A stretch of DNA of 59,895 nt from a virus (IMGVR_UViG_3300044799_000410:1-59895), one strand, 5' to 3'; shown: positions 36,520 to 46,464, counted from the first letter of the stretch. Notes: generated by a model not told the origin, from the sequence alone. Program-made: numbers and translations.

Positions 36520-37011
36520 AATGCCATGGTTGAGATTCGAACATTCTTTCCAAAATTTTTCGCATCGTTCAATATGTGCTTCTGAAAATCTGTATCGAGT
36601 AAATTCCATTTCTTTTCCCCATCTGTTACGCATTTTTGTTTTCACGGCCACTTTTTCTGGATTGTTTCTCATCTCTCTAAACGCCATCACTTTTTTGGCA
36701 ACAGGACTTTTTATTCTGAGATATGGAAGAAGAATTGTAAGGATTTTCACGGCTTTCTTATCGGATGCCTGATAGCAAAAAAGAGGACGACCCTTGTGAG
36801 AATGAGATTTCTCGGCATAATAATTTCCGCCAAGATTCTCTGCGATGAACTTTATCGCCGATTCGTCTACCATCCGAATTTGTATACGTTCTTGGTAGGT
36901 TGGATTAACTCGACCATTCTTGAGGGTTGTTATACGTTTTATGCCAATATAACTTTCACCATCAACAATTCCAGCGATGTAAGCTAATTCGATTTCATTC
37001 ATAACAAACAC
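36514..37011 (-). CDS. Single-motif LAGLIDADG homing endonuclease, antisense to the operon
   Basis: LAYIAGIVDGESYI motif; LLPYLRIK; own extended -10 at 37032-37040. Confidence 0.85.
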   Translation of the reverse strand: MFVMNEIELAYIAGIVDGESYIGIKRITTLKNGRVNPTYQERIQIRMVDESAIKFIAENLGGNYYAEKSHSHKGRPLFCYQASDKKAVKILTILLPYLRIKSPVAKKVMAFREMRNNPEKVAVKTKMRNRWGKEMEFTRYRFSEAHIERCEKFWKECSNLNHGIS

Positions 37012-37039
37012 CCATACAGTGAGATATAGTCATTATATC

Positions 37040-38047
37040 ATGAGTACCATAATAATCAGATCAAATGCTCTGAAAATACCAATAATGGATTGTTCGATTC
37101 AAAGTTGTATAACATCCCCTCCGTATTGGGGATTGAGATCATACGGCATAGGAATCGATAATGGCGAGTTGGGTATGGAACCAACGCCGCAGGAATATAT
37201 ATCTCACCTAGTGGAGGTATTTCGAGAAGTTCGACGAATTCTAAAAGACAATGGCACTCTTTGGCTCAATATCGGTGATAGTTATGCTGGATCTGGCGGG
37301 GCTGGAGATTGGTCCAGACGCAAGGCCGGTAAATACGCATACGCTGGACAACGTCCCAATGTAAATCGTGTCATTTCCAAAAAGAATTCAATGGGTGGTT
37401 TGAAACCAAAAGACATGGTGGGGATTCCATGGATGTTGGCCTTCGCGCTCCGCGACGATGGTTGGTATTTGCGTTCAGATATTATCTGGTACAAAACCAA
37501 TCCGAACCCCGAATCGGTAGAAGATAGACCAATAAAATCACATGAGTATGTGTTCTTGTTGTCTAAAACGCGGCGTTATTATTATGACAAGGATGCTGTG
37601 AAAGAACCCCATCAGGATAAGGCCGGACCTCCCGACCGTTTCAAAGGGCAGAGTGGAGTCAGTCGCGAAGAATATGAGGAAAGAAAATGGACAGATCGTA
37701 GTGATGGCCTGGCACGTCCACCGATGACCATGAAAAATCGCCAATATAACCCTCTCGGTCGTGACCTTCGTACCGTTTGGATTATTCCAACCCACCCATA
37801 TAGAGGCGCGCACTTTGCGACCTATCCCGAAGAGTTGGCCAGACGTTGCATTCTGGCCGGTAGTAAAATGGGAGATACAGTCTTAGATCCTTTCAATGGA
37901 GCCGGAACCACCGGTGTAGTGGCAATCAAATATGGCCGCAATTATATTGGTTGTGATCTCAATCCAGATTATATTCAGATGACCAAACGCCGATTTGCAA
38001 AGGTCCAGATCATTTTGCCGTTGCCAACTCCTGAGGTGAAGGAATGA
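37040..38047 (+). CDS. Beta-class N4-cytosine/N6-adenine DNA methyltransferase
   Basis: TSPPYWG, WLNIGDSY, DIIWYK, HFATYP, LDPFNGAGTT. Confidence 0.92.
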   Translation: MSTIIIRSNALKIPIMDCSIQSCITSPPYWGLRSYGIGIDNGELGMEPTPQEYISHLVEVFREVRRILKDNGTLWLNIGDSYAGSGGAGDWSRRKAGKYAYAGQRPNVNRVISKKNSMGGLKPKDMVGIPWMLAFALRDDGWYLRSDIIWYKTNPNPESVEDRPIKSHEYVFLLSKTRRYYYDKDAVKEPHQDKAGPPDRFKGQSGVSREEYEERKWTDRSDGLARPPMTMKNRQYNPLGRDLRTVWIIPTHPYRGAHFATYPEELARRCILAGSKMGDTVLDPFNGAGTTGVVAIKYGRNYIGCDLNPDYIQMTKRRFAKVQIILPLPTPEVKE

Positions 38048-39471
38048 ACGAACTTCGTCCTCAACCGAAACAAGTTCAATTTTTATCTTCGCCAGCCGAC
38101 ATAGCTGTCTTTGGCGGTGCAGCAGGTGGTGGAAAAAGTTGGGCTTTGTTGGCCGAACCTTGCCGGCACATTTCCAATAAGCGCTTTGGTGCAGTTCTCT
38201 TTCGTCGTACTACTCCAGAATTATTGAATGAAGGAGGTCTTTGGGATGAGGCGGGGAGAATATATCCATTCCTGGGGCTGGGGGCCACACCGAACGCCAA
38301 TAACTATTATTTTAAGTTTTCAAGTGGGGCAAAAATCAGTTTCCGTCATCTTCAATTTGAAGATGACGTGTATGCTTGGAGAAGTTCGCAGATCCCACTG
38401 ATCGAATTCGACCAGCTTGAAACCTTCACGGAAAATCAGTTTTTCTATATGCTAACCCGAAACAGGTCAACTTGCGGGGTAAAACCCTATGTGCGGGCCG
38501 CCTGTAACCCGCAGCCAGGTTGGTTGTGCGACTTCGAGCCGATCAAACACGGTTTCCTGGAATGGTGGATCGGGGATGATGGTTATGCCCTTCCAGAACG
38601 AAGTGGTGTCATCCGTTGGATGATCCGGCGCGACAACGAGATCTTATGGGCAGATTCCTATGATGAGAGTGTGAAATTATATGGTGTTCTCAATTTACCA
38701 AAGGACGATCCAAAACAGGTCCACCCTCTATCAGTCACTTTCATTCTATCTACTATTTTCGATAATCCAATCCTGCTGGAAAAAGATCCTCTTTATCTGG
38801 CCAAATTGATGGCGGAGGATTTCGTTACCCGTGAACGTTTGTTGGGTGATCCGGCTCGTGGGGGAAACTGGAGGGTGAAACCAGAGGCCGGCAAAATCTT
38901 CAACCGAGATTGGTTCAGTGTGATTAGTGAGGAGGAACTTCCTGCCTTCCCTTATTTTGAGGTCCGCTTTTGGGATCTGGCTGCCACAAAGAAAGAACTG
39001 AACAAAAAAGATCCAGACTTTACTGCCGGAATTAAGATGCGTTATTATCCGCATAATCATCTGTACATAATAATGGATTGTGTCGCAAAACAGATTGCTC
39101 CAGCAGATGCCGATAATTTGATGTATAAAACCGCTGAGGCGGATGGTCATCATTGCCGGGTAAGATGGGAGGAAGAAGGCGGGGCATCTGGGAAAAGAGA
39201 TTCCTATCATATCGTTACTATGTTGCGTGGATATGATGCTGAGGGCGTTCCTCCACACGGTGAAAAAACGGTAAGGGCCAAAGAACTTGCCTCCCAATCT
39301 AAAGCCGGGAATGTAAAACTTTTTTACAATCCTTTTTGGAATAATCTATGGCTCAACCACATGCACGGCCAACCCGATATGACACACGATGATATAATGG
39401 ACGCGTCAAGTGGCTCATTCAACGAACTTACAGCCAAGAAAAAGGTTGTAGGGACGTGGGGCTCAAGATAA
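38044..39471 (+). CDS. terL: Terminase large subunit
   Basis: GGAAGGGKS Walker A, FDQLE Walker B, ACNP motif III, WDLA and HDDIMDA nuclease motifs. Confidence 0.95.
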   Translation: MNELRPQPKQVQFLSSPADIAVFGGAAGGGKSWALLAEPCRHISNKRFGAVLFRRTTPELLNEGGLWDEAGRIYPFLGLGATPNANNYYFKFSSGAKISFRHLQFEDDVYAWRSSQIPLIEFDQLETFTENQFFYMLTRNRSTCGVKPYVRAACNPQPGWLCDFEPIKHGFLEWWIGDDGYALPERSGVIRWMIRRDNEILWADSYDESVKLYGVLNLPKDDPKQVHPLSVTFILSTIFDNPILLEKDPLYLAKLMAEDFVTRERLLGDPARGGNWRVKPEAGKIFNRDWFSVISEEELPAFPYFEVRFWDLAATKKELNKKDPDFTAGIKMRYYPHNHLYIIMDCVAKQIAPADADNLMYKTAEADGHHCRVRWEEEGGASGKRDSYHIVTMLRGYDAEGVPPHGEKTVRAKELASQSKAGNVKLFYNPFWNNLWLNHMHGQPDMTHDDIMDASSGSFNELTAKKKVVGTWGSR

Positions 39472-39478
39472 GGGCACC

Positions 39479-40948
39479 ATGAAAAAAACTGATAGTAATG
39501 CCAGTACCAAAGTCAAGACCAATGCCAAGGTTGAAACTAAAAAGCAACCTTCTCTAAAATCAACTATGAATAAAGAGCAAATGGCTCTTTTTCAAAATGC
39601 ATCTCTGGTAAGTCGAGCGATGTTGGCTTCCAGATTAGGGCAACAATTCAATGGGGATAGAAACTTATACGATTCATTTGGATATGAAAGAAATCCAAAT
39701 TATGATATTTATCGGACTTTCTTCGACCGGATGGGATTGGCCACCCGGTGCGTGGAAATCTTTCCTGATGATACCTGGAGAAAACCACCCATCCTTGTGG
39801 ATGGAAAGGAACGTTCAGATACACCCAAGGATTCGGCATTCTTGAAAGGATGGCAGGAATTAGCCGACAAACTAAAGATTTGGCAAATATTTCGCCAAGT
39901 CGATGTGATGTGCGGCCTGGGGAAGTTTGCGGTTCTATTTTTGGGGGCACCTGGAAATTATGATACGCCTGCCAATGATAGCGCACTGGCTTTCTTGTCC
40001 GCCTATGATGAAAGCCAGGTTGCAATTTCTTCTTGGGTCAGACAGAATACCGATCCCCATTACGGAATGCCAGAAAAATACTCGATCAAATTCCAGGACT
40101 TTGATGAGGGTACGGTAGAATCCAAATTTGTTCACTATACACGTGTGATTCATGTTTCCGAGAACCGTTTAGGGTCACGTGTTTATGGCCGACCGAGATT
40201 GCAAACTGTTCTAAATAGATTATTTGATTTTGAGAAGGTGACCGGAGGAGCCGCAGAAGCCGCCTGGTTGAGTCTATTCAAAGGAATTATCATCTCTGCA
40301 AAAGAAGGGGCAGAAATGCCTGCTGAGGGTTCTCCAGAAATGGCCAACCTTGAAGCCGAGATGACCGCCTTTGCAAACCGAATGCAAAGATACCTAAGAC
40401 TCACCGCTGCGGACGTGAAAGATTTGGGGACCGATACAATTACCGTGCGCGATACTTACGACGTGTTGGCGGATGATCTGGCTGCCAGCCTGGGAATTCC
40501 TAAACGAATCCTATACGGATCTGAGCGTGGTGAATTGGCCTCTACTCAGGATCTGCGCCAATGGGCTGGAAGGATTACCTCTCGTCAGACGAACTTCGCT
40601 GAACCGGAAATCTTGAGACCATTCATATATTGGTGCATTATACATAAAATTCTTCCACCGCCAACCTCTGGACATGTTGACATCCATTGGCCAGAACTTT
40701 ATGAGTTGACAATGGGAGAAAAAGCTAAAATTGCCTTGGATGTGGGTGATGGGGCGTTCCGTGCTACAAATGGTGCCCCGGAGTTGGTTATCAGTCCAGA
40801 TGAATGGAGATCAATTATCGGATTGCCTCCACGATCAGAAGAAACGATAGCTGGCACAGAGATTCTGCCCACTCCCACCGGAACAGTAGGAAATCGACCG
40901 GGAAAAGACGAAACAGATGGCACCGTCGAAGCCAAACCCAAAGTATGA
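39479..40948 (+). CDS. Portal protein (DUF1073-like)
   Basis: Follows terL; VHYTRVIH, GIPKRILYGSERGELASTQD, EPEILRP. Confidence 0.88.
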   Translation: MKKTDSNASTKVKTNAKVETKKQPSLKSTMNKEQMALFQNASLVSRAMLASRLGQQFNGDRNLYDSFGYERNPNYDIYRTFFDRMGLATRCVEIFPDDTWRKPPILVDGKERSDTPKDSAFLKGWQELADKLKIWQIFRQVDVMCGLGKFAVLFLGAPGNYDTPANDSALAFLSAYDESQVAISSWVRQNTDPHYGMPEKYSIKFQDFDEGTVESKFVHYTRVIHVSENRLGSRVYGRPRLQTVLNRLFDFEKVTGGAAEAAWLSLFKGIIISAKEGAEMPAEGSPEMANLEAEMTAFANRMQRYLRLTAADVKDLGTDTITVRDTYDVLADDLAASLGIPKRILYGSERGELASTQDLRQWAGRITSRQTNFAEPEILRPFIYWCIIHKILPPPTSGHVDIHWPELYELTMGEKAKIALDVGDGAFRATNGAPELVISPDEWRSIIGLPPRSEETIAGTEILPTPTGTVGNRPGKDETDGTVEAKPKV

Positions 40949-41720
40949 TTTGATATCTTCGGGTGAATCACCCACCACGCCATCACGCGACCAGGAAAGA
41001 AGGCCGTTACCATTGGCGAGGCCGCGTCGAAATAATCTAATTGCCCAGGGAGGAATCGTCACGGTACTATCACGTGACCAACTTGAGAATTGGTTGATCA
41101 CCCTCAGTGATGAAGAAAGACGGTCACTCAGGATACTTTGGGAGAAATACGTCCCCACAACCGGAACATTTGATCTATACCGTTTTACCAACGGAATACG
41201 AAATGAAATGCGCGAGCTCATGCAGAGATACATCACCAAACAGATCTCTTTGCAGGAATGGTATGACGAGTCTCGCCGTCTAATGAAACTCTCCTATATG
41301 GTAGCCATCGAAAAACAGGAAGAACCGGTCAATACAGAAATGATCCTGCTGGTCATCCTGGCTTTTTTCCTTTATCTGAACTCGACTGCGATTGGCATCA
41401 TGATGGGGACGACCGAAATCAATGGGAAACTTCTCACTCGTGCAAGCATGTACGGGGCAGCAATTTGGCCGATACAACACAATTACACTCTCACAGCAAG
41501 ACTTGCTCAGGCGTATGAATGTCGCCGAGTACTAGGACCAAACGAAAATCACTGTTATGCCGGCGAAAGACCGGGATGTATAGAACTGGCTCAGATGGGT
41601 TGGCTGCCGATAAGACAAATGTTGCCTCTAGGTTCTGCGCAATGCTTATCGAATTGCAGGTGTGATCTTCAATATCGAAAAACCCCGCCGATTACACTTT
41701 TATCTACACCAGAAGAATAG
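40917..41720 (+). CDS. Head morphogenesis (MuF/gp7-like) protein
   Basis: Follows portal; HC...C...C.SNCRC C-terminal motif. Confidence 0.65.
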   Translation: MAPSKPNPKYDLISSGESPTTPSRDQERRPLPLARPRRNNLIAQGGIVTVLSRDQLENWLITLSDEERRSLRILWEKYVPTTGTFDLYRFTNGIRNEMRELMQRYITKQISLQEWYDESRRLMKLSYMVAIEKQEEPVNTEMILLVILAFFLYLNSTAIGIMMGTTEINGKLLTRASMYGAAIWPIQHNYTLTARLAQAYECRRVLGPNENHCYAGERPGCIELAQMGWLPIRQMLPLGSAQCLSNCRCDLQYRKTPPITLLSTPEE

Positions 41721-41728
41721 AAAGGAAA

Positions 41729-42103
41729 ATGATAATGTCTTCAAAAAATGATCCGATGAAACTTAATAACATTGAGATCAAAATAGGCGAATGATTGGTT
41801 TATGTGACCAATATAAAGGATGCACCAGGATTTTCAGATATTCCATTTTCATTTCAGGCGACTATTCATAGAGTGATTTTTACGTCACGGGTCGCTAAAA
41901 GATATAGACTCGCTCTTGAGAGTACCCAAGATGGATTTTTGGGATTTGGATACGATCAGATAATCGGTTTAGGATATGGAGATTCTGTCAGGGAGTCGCT
42001 TAATAATTTGTCTGATGCGGTCGGACGATCAAAAACCCCCGATAAAACTACAGTTCTATTAGCCATTTCAAACGTTCTCGATCTTCTGGCAAATGAAACT
42101 TGA
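41729..42103 (+). CDS. Hypothetical protein with in-frame TGA at 41792 (or shorter TTG start at 41795)
   Basis: SD AGAAAGGA before ATG 41729, in frame with ORF 41795-42103 across one TGA. Confidence 0.45.
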
Positions 42104-43799
42104 TTTTTTTGCTACCCAAAAACATTACCTTGATCACCTCAAGAGCATTTGGGAGACTTTCCCTGCACGTAATCGTTTTTGGGTATCGCAGGAAATAGCC
42201 GAATATGCCGAAAAGGTATTGGGAGAAGTTTTTATCGGCCAACCTAAAGGAATCCGACCGGTTCTGGTAAGTTGTTATGGGGATATGGTTTCGATCATAA
42301 GAGATTCCCCGGAAGCAAAAGTTATTCTAATGGAACATGGTATTGGAATGACTTACGGAACGGCTGCCTACGCTGATGGTTATGGAAGGCGGGCGGCAGT
42401 TTCGATGTTCTTACTCCAGAGCCAATATGTGGCCAAGAAAATGGATTCGCGCCTGACGGCCCCCCGGTCCGTGATCGGGATCCCAAAATTGGATCCTTGG
42501 GTCGGAGAATTCAACCGGCCACATCCCATGCCCCAGCAACCAGTCCTGGGTCTGTCTTTTCACCATTCAAATTACTCGAACGTGCCAGAGGCACAAAATG
42601 CCTGGGAAATCTATGTAAAGATCCTACCAAAGTTAGCGAAAAAATATCACGTGATTGGGCATGGACATCCCCTCGAATTGAACAATTTCCGTCCGGTTTA
42701 TGAGAAAAACGGGATTGAATTCGTTGACAATTTTGAAGAAGTTATGAGGCGGGCAGATATATTGTTATTTGATTGCACATCCGCTGGATTTGAGTATCTT
42801 GTCACGGGTAAACCAGTCATCATTCTGAATTCCCCAAAATTCAGGAGAGACAAACAATGGGGAATCCGTTTTTGGGATTATTCTAATATTGGTCCAATGG
42901 TTGAAGGACCAGAGGAGTTATTGAAAACCATTGAAATGGTTATTCTGGACCCGGATAGATATAAGGAGCAACGCAAGAATGCAATTAAAAATCTCATCCC
43001 ATATATTGGAACATCTACACAAAAAGCGACAAAAGTTTTGATGGGTTTTTTGGCGATCATTCCTGACCCCGAACCAAAAATCAACATCTTAGATTGCAAC
43101 GACAGCGGGATTATTTATATATGTTTTGGGGAAAAGGCCAAAATGCAAGTATTGCAGAGCATCGTCTCGATGCGAGAACTTGGAATGAATTATCCGATCT
43201 GTGTCGTTGGAGATAGATATATTGATGGGACCTATCTCATTGAGTGGGATGGAGAGAATCCGTATGATAAATCCAGACCCAAGGGATTGCGATTTCTTGC
43301 CGGGAGAATAAAACCCTCTCTATATAAACTATCGCCCTTCAAAAAAACTCTTTATATCGATGCGGACACAAGATTTAGACAAAACATCCTTCCTGGTTTT
43401 GAATTTCTGAAAATATACGATATGGCAATGGCAGAAGAAAGGCAGACGTTAAGAGATTTGCATAACCCGGAAAGACATTCCGACTTTTTATGGTATCACG
43501 ATCCGGTCGAGGTAGAAGAAAGTATCAAAGAACTTGGGGATCCATCCATGGTATTTATGAACTCCGGGGTAATTTTCTTCCGAAAAAGCAGAAGATGCGA
43601 GAAACTATTTGAAGATTGGAAAACGGAGTGGTTGAGATACCAACAATGGGATGAGCAGATGGCATTATTGAGGGCGGCAAAGAGGAATTCAAATATAAAG
43701 ATCAAAAACCTTCCGGTTTCATGGAACTGTCCCTATGACAAGACGGATATTTTTATCTATCATCAATATGCAAGATGCTCCGCGAGGGAAAATGTCTAA
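42093..43799 (+). CDS. Two-domain transferase: GT-B glycerophosphotransferase (TagF-like) plus GT-A (GT8-like)
   Basis: EHG, GIPKLD, HGHP, DCTSAGFEY..GKPVI; then SPFKKTLYIDADT, MNSGVIFF, DEQMAL, WN. Confidence 0.75.
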   Translation: MKLDFFATQKHYLDHLKSIWETFPARNRFWVSQEIAEYAEKVLGEVFIGQPKGIRPVLVSCYGDMVSIIRDSPEAKVILMEHGIGMTYGTAAYADGYGRRAAVSMFLLQSQYVAKKMDSRLTAPRSVIGIPKLDPWVGEFNRPHPMPQQPVLGLSFHHSNYSNVPEAQNAWEIYVKILPKLAKKYHVIGHGHPLELNNFRPVYEKNGIEFVDNFEEVMRRADILLFDCTSAGFEYLVTGKPVIILNSPKFRRDKQWGIRFWDYSNIGPMVEGPEELLKTIEMVILDPDRYKEQRKNAIKNLIPYIGTSTQKATKVLMGFLAIIPDPEPKINILDCNDSGIIYICFGEKAKMQVLQSIVSMRELGMNYPICVVGDRYIDGTYLIEWDGENPYDKSRPKGLRFLAGRIKPSLYKLSPFKKTLYIDADTRFRQNILPGFEFLKIYDMAMAEERQTLRDLHNPERHSDFLWYHDPVEVEESIKELGDPSMVFMNSGVIFFRKSRRCEKLFEDWKTEWLRYQQWDEQMALLRAAKRNSNIKIKNLPVSWNCPYDKTDIFIYHQYARCSARENV

Positions 43800-44424
43800 C
43801 GAACTTGTAAATGATACCCTGATTCTCCAACACGTTTTTGGTAAACACGGAAGAATTATCGCGATGACAGTCCCACGAACCATTGAATATTGTCTCCAAC
43901 ATCATATTGACTATCAAATGGTTCTTTCGGATGTGGTAAGAGATGGAAATCATGTCCATTGGGCTCACACCTATTTGATACGCGATGCGATGATAAGAGG
44001 ATACAAAAACATCATTTATTGGGACGCGGATACCCTGATTGCCGACATGGGTATGGATATTAAAGAGGCAATTGTGGAAGATAAGATCGGTTCGGTATGG
44101 CACAACTTAAAAAAAGAGGACAAGGATCTCAGCCATTTCAATGTTGGAGCACTCTATTTTTCAAATACTCCTAAGACGCGAGAATTTATGGATAGATGGA
44201 TTGCCGGTTACCCTGGGACTTCCTGGTCTAGTTTTCCTCTTGTATTCGAGCAGGGAGTTTTTAATATTATTGGAGAGGAAATGGGAATAATCAACCGGCT
44301 TGATAATAAATGGAATGCGGAATGCGGAGTAAGTCCAAGCGATCATCCAGCAGTGTTTGGTTTTCATGGATTCCCCGATCTGTATAATAATATGAAGAAA
44401 AAACTGGAAAATTTGAATGATTGA
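43792..44424 (+). CDS. GT-A glycosyltransferase (GT34/GT77-like)
   Basis: YWDADT DxD, FNVGALYF, EQGVFN, KWN, HG. Confidence 0.75.
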   Translation: MSNELVNDTLILQHVFGKHGRIIAMTVPRTIEYCLQHHIDYQMVLSDVVRDGNHVHWAHTYLIRDAMIRGYKNIIYWDADTLIADMGMDIKEAIVEDKIGSVWHNLKKEDKDLSHFNVGALYFSNTPKTREFMDRWIAGYPGTSWSSFPLVFEQGVFNIIGEEMGIINRLDNKWNAECGVSPSDHPAVFGFHGFPDLYNNMKKKLENLND

Positions 44425-44998
44425 TGAATTGAAAGGTCTTTATCCAGGAGAAAAAATTTATATCGTTGGGAAAGGACCCAGTCTGGAATATCTCGATTCG
44501 TCTTATTTTGGGGTGGGTCCAATCATTACGATAAATGAATCGATATTATTGGTGCAGGAGTTCGGACTACAGAATCCTATTTACGCCATAAGAAAAGACC
44601 CGTGTTCAAGGGGAATTGGTTTAGGTCATGCCTGTCCGTTCATCTGTCCGCATAAAGATATTGTGCTTATTCTCCAATCCAACTGGTCAGAATGGTGTTT
44701 CCCAGAACACGAGAAGCGCGTTGTGGTCGATCCGGTCTTAGAATTGGGACTTAAATCTCAGAATGAAATGAGTATATTAATGTGTTTTGAGATAGCCAAA
44801 AGGATGGGTTGTGTTAAGTTCGGTTTTGTGTGTTGCGATTCTTTCATTGACGATAATAGAGTCTACGACATGCTATCCAGACAATCTATAGCTGATAGGC
44901 GATCTGGTTATTATGAATATGCAAGAAATAAATTATTGCCTTTATTAATCAATATTCCTCATGAGTTTATAATCCCGAAAGAATATGATGACAACTAG
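44417..44998 (+). CDS. Maf/DUF115-like (sialyltransferase-fold) transferase
   Basis: IYIVGKGPSL, ITINES, AKRMGC...CD pattern. Confidence 0.6.
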   Translation: MIDELKGLYPGEKIYIVGKGPSLEYLDSSYFGVGPIITINESILLVQEFGLQNPIYAIRKDPCSRGIGLGHACPFICPHKDIVLILQSNWSEWCFPEHEKRVVVDPVLELGLKSQNEMSILMCFEIAKRMGCVKFGFVCCDSFIDDNRVYDMLSRQSIADRRSGYYEYARNKLLPLLINIPHEFIIPKEYDDN

Positions 44999-45530
44999 AC
45001 TAACCTTAATCCGGGACATAGCACACATCAATTCCCGGATAAAGACCAATGAAATGTTATTACTATATGATCTTGCATCGAAGGTCCCGGAGGGCGGAGA
45101 GATTGTCGAAATTGGTTCATGTTATGGGGCCTCGTCAGCCTGTCTTGGATTGGGATCACAAGATAAGGCGCGCATGACGCTAATTGATAATTTTATTCAT
45201 CATCCGGCAGGCAAGGCATCAGCGATATTGCTGGATAGCAATCTAAAAAGTGTCGGCCTGCGCAATTTTACGATCTTTAAGGTTGATTGCATGATTTTGA
45301 AGAATTGGCCACGATCGATCGATCTACTCCATATTGACGGCGCACACGATTATGATCATGTCTGGCACGATCTAACCATACTGGGATCACGTGCTCGAAC
45401 CGTCATCTGTCATGACTATACTGCCATCCCCGACGTGATGCGGGCGGTAAGTCAATTTCTGGTCGACTTTCCTTATAAAATTGATCGCATTGCGGAGACG
45501 ACGATCATTTTGCGAAGGACATTCCAATGA
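44985..45530 (+). CDS. Class I SAM methyltransferase (Methyltransf_24-like)
   Basis: VEIGSCYGAS, IDNF, IDLLHIDGAHDY, HDY. Confidence 0.88.
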   Translation: MMTTRLTLIRDIAHINSRIKTNEMLLLYDLASKVPEGGEIVEIGSCYGASSACLGLGSQDKARMTLIDNFIHHPAGKASAILLDSNLKSVGLRNFTIFKVDCMILKNWPRSIDLLHIDGAHDYDHVWHDLTILGSRARTVICHDYTAIPDVMRAVSQFLVDFPYKIDRIAETTIILRRTFQ

Positions 45531-46123
45531 CAGATCCACGAGTAGCCGAGTATGATGCTTATTACACCAGGAACCCCAATCAATGGAAGGATAATAGGCG
45601 CAACTCATTCGCGTTTGAGATTCTGGAAAACTACCTCGAACATCCTCCGAAAACATTCCTGGATGTTGGTTGCGGAAATGGCCACTCGGTCGAGTTTTTT
45701 GCAAAACGATGGCCCAAAACTCAATGCTGGGGATTGGACTTATCAGGTGTGGCAATAGAACTGGCGAAACGTAGATGTCCAGACTCTACGTTTATTTGTG
45801 TCTCCTTGGAAGAAGCGGTCTTGCCTAAATTTGATGTGGTAATGGTCCTAGGTGTCTTGGAACATTTTGAAGATTATGTTGGGATATTCGCTAAACTTCG
45901 TATGATCATGAATGGGATTTTATATGTTGAAGTTCCAAATTGTATTGCCTATCCATCAAGCGAAAAGATTGAGGGATTCCGTAGATTGAATCAAGGTAGC
46001 CATCAGATGGAGTGGCATTTGTATCGAGAAACCTGGGAGAAAAGACTAATCAGTGAATTCAAAATCATAAAGTCAATCATTGGTCCGAACATTTATTCTG
46101 AATTTATCTGGTTATTGAAATAA
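45527..46123 (+). CDS. Class I SAM methyltransferase
   Basis: LDVGCGNG, GLDLS, FDVV...VLEH, EVPN. Confidence 0.88.
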   Translation: MTDPRVAEYDAYYTRNPNQWKDNRRNSFAFEILENYLEHPPKTFLDVGCGNGHSVEFFAKRWPKTQCWGLDLSGVAIELAKRRCPDSTFICVSLEEAVLPKFDVVMVLGVLEHFEDYVGIFAKLRMIMNGILYVEVPNCIAYPSSEKIEGFRRLNQGSHQMEWHLYRETWEKRLISEFKIIKSIIGPNIYSEFIWLLK

Positions 46124-46146
46124 GTTGGTGTTATAATTTTTTCGAC

Positions 46147-46341
46147 ATGCTCAATTCTCCTATTGTGACCACCGTCAATCCTTCCAAGACCACATTTCCT
46201 CCCATGGCGGTGGCCAAAGCCATACCACCGTTATTTTGCGAAGGCAACAGGCCGATATGGATGTTATTGCGACGTGGTTTTTTGATACCATTGCTGAGGA
46301 TGATCCGCGAGGCCTATACCCTTGATGAAACCAGAGTTTGA
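46147..46341 (+). CDS. Small hypothetical protein
   Basis: Extended -10 TGTTATAAT 9 nt upstream. Confidence 0.45.
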   Translation: MLNSPIVTTVNPSKTTFPPMAVAKAIPPLFCEGNRPIWMLLRRGFLIPLLRMIREAYTLDETRV

Positions 46342-46429
46342 GAAGTAAAAACGGTGTATAATGTAATTGATAACTGAATATTCCCTGGATAACCTGGTTT
46401 TCCCAGCACCCCACCCCAAGAGACTACGC

Positions 46430-46464
46430 AAAAGCCCGCCTTTTCCGGTGGGTTTTCGTTTTTT
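46430..46464 (+). terminator. Terminator-like hairpin immediately before the protease RBS
   Basis: AAAGCCCGCC/GGTGGGTTTT stem followed by CGTTTTTT. Confidence 0.6.

Noticed and set aside
36349-38047. Group I intron or intein carrying the LAGLIDADG gene
   Set aside because: The ORF is antisense and intergenic, the flanking MTase is intact, and no splicing motifs or room for an intron core are evident
39479-40948. Anti-CBASS Acb1 function sometimes attached to DUF1073 portals
   Set aside because: No fused phosphodiesterase domain with paired HxT motifs; size and position fit a plain portal
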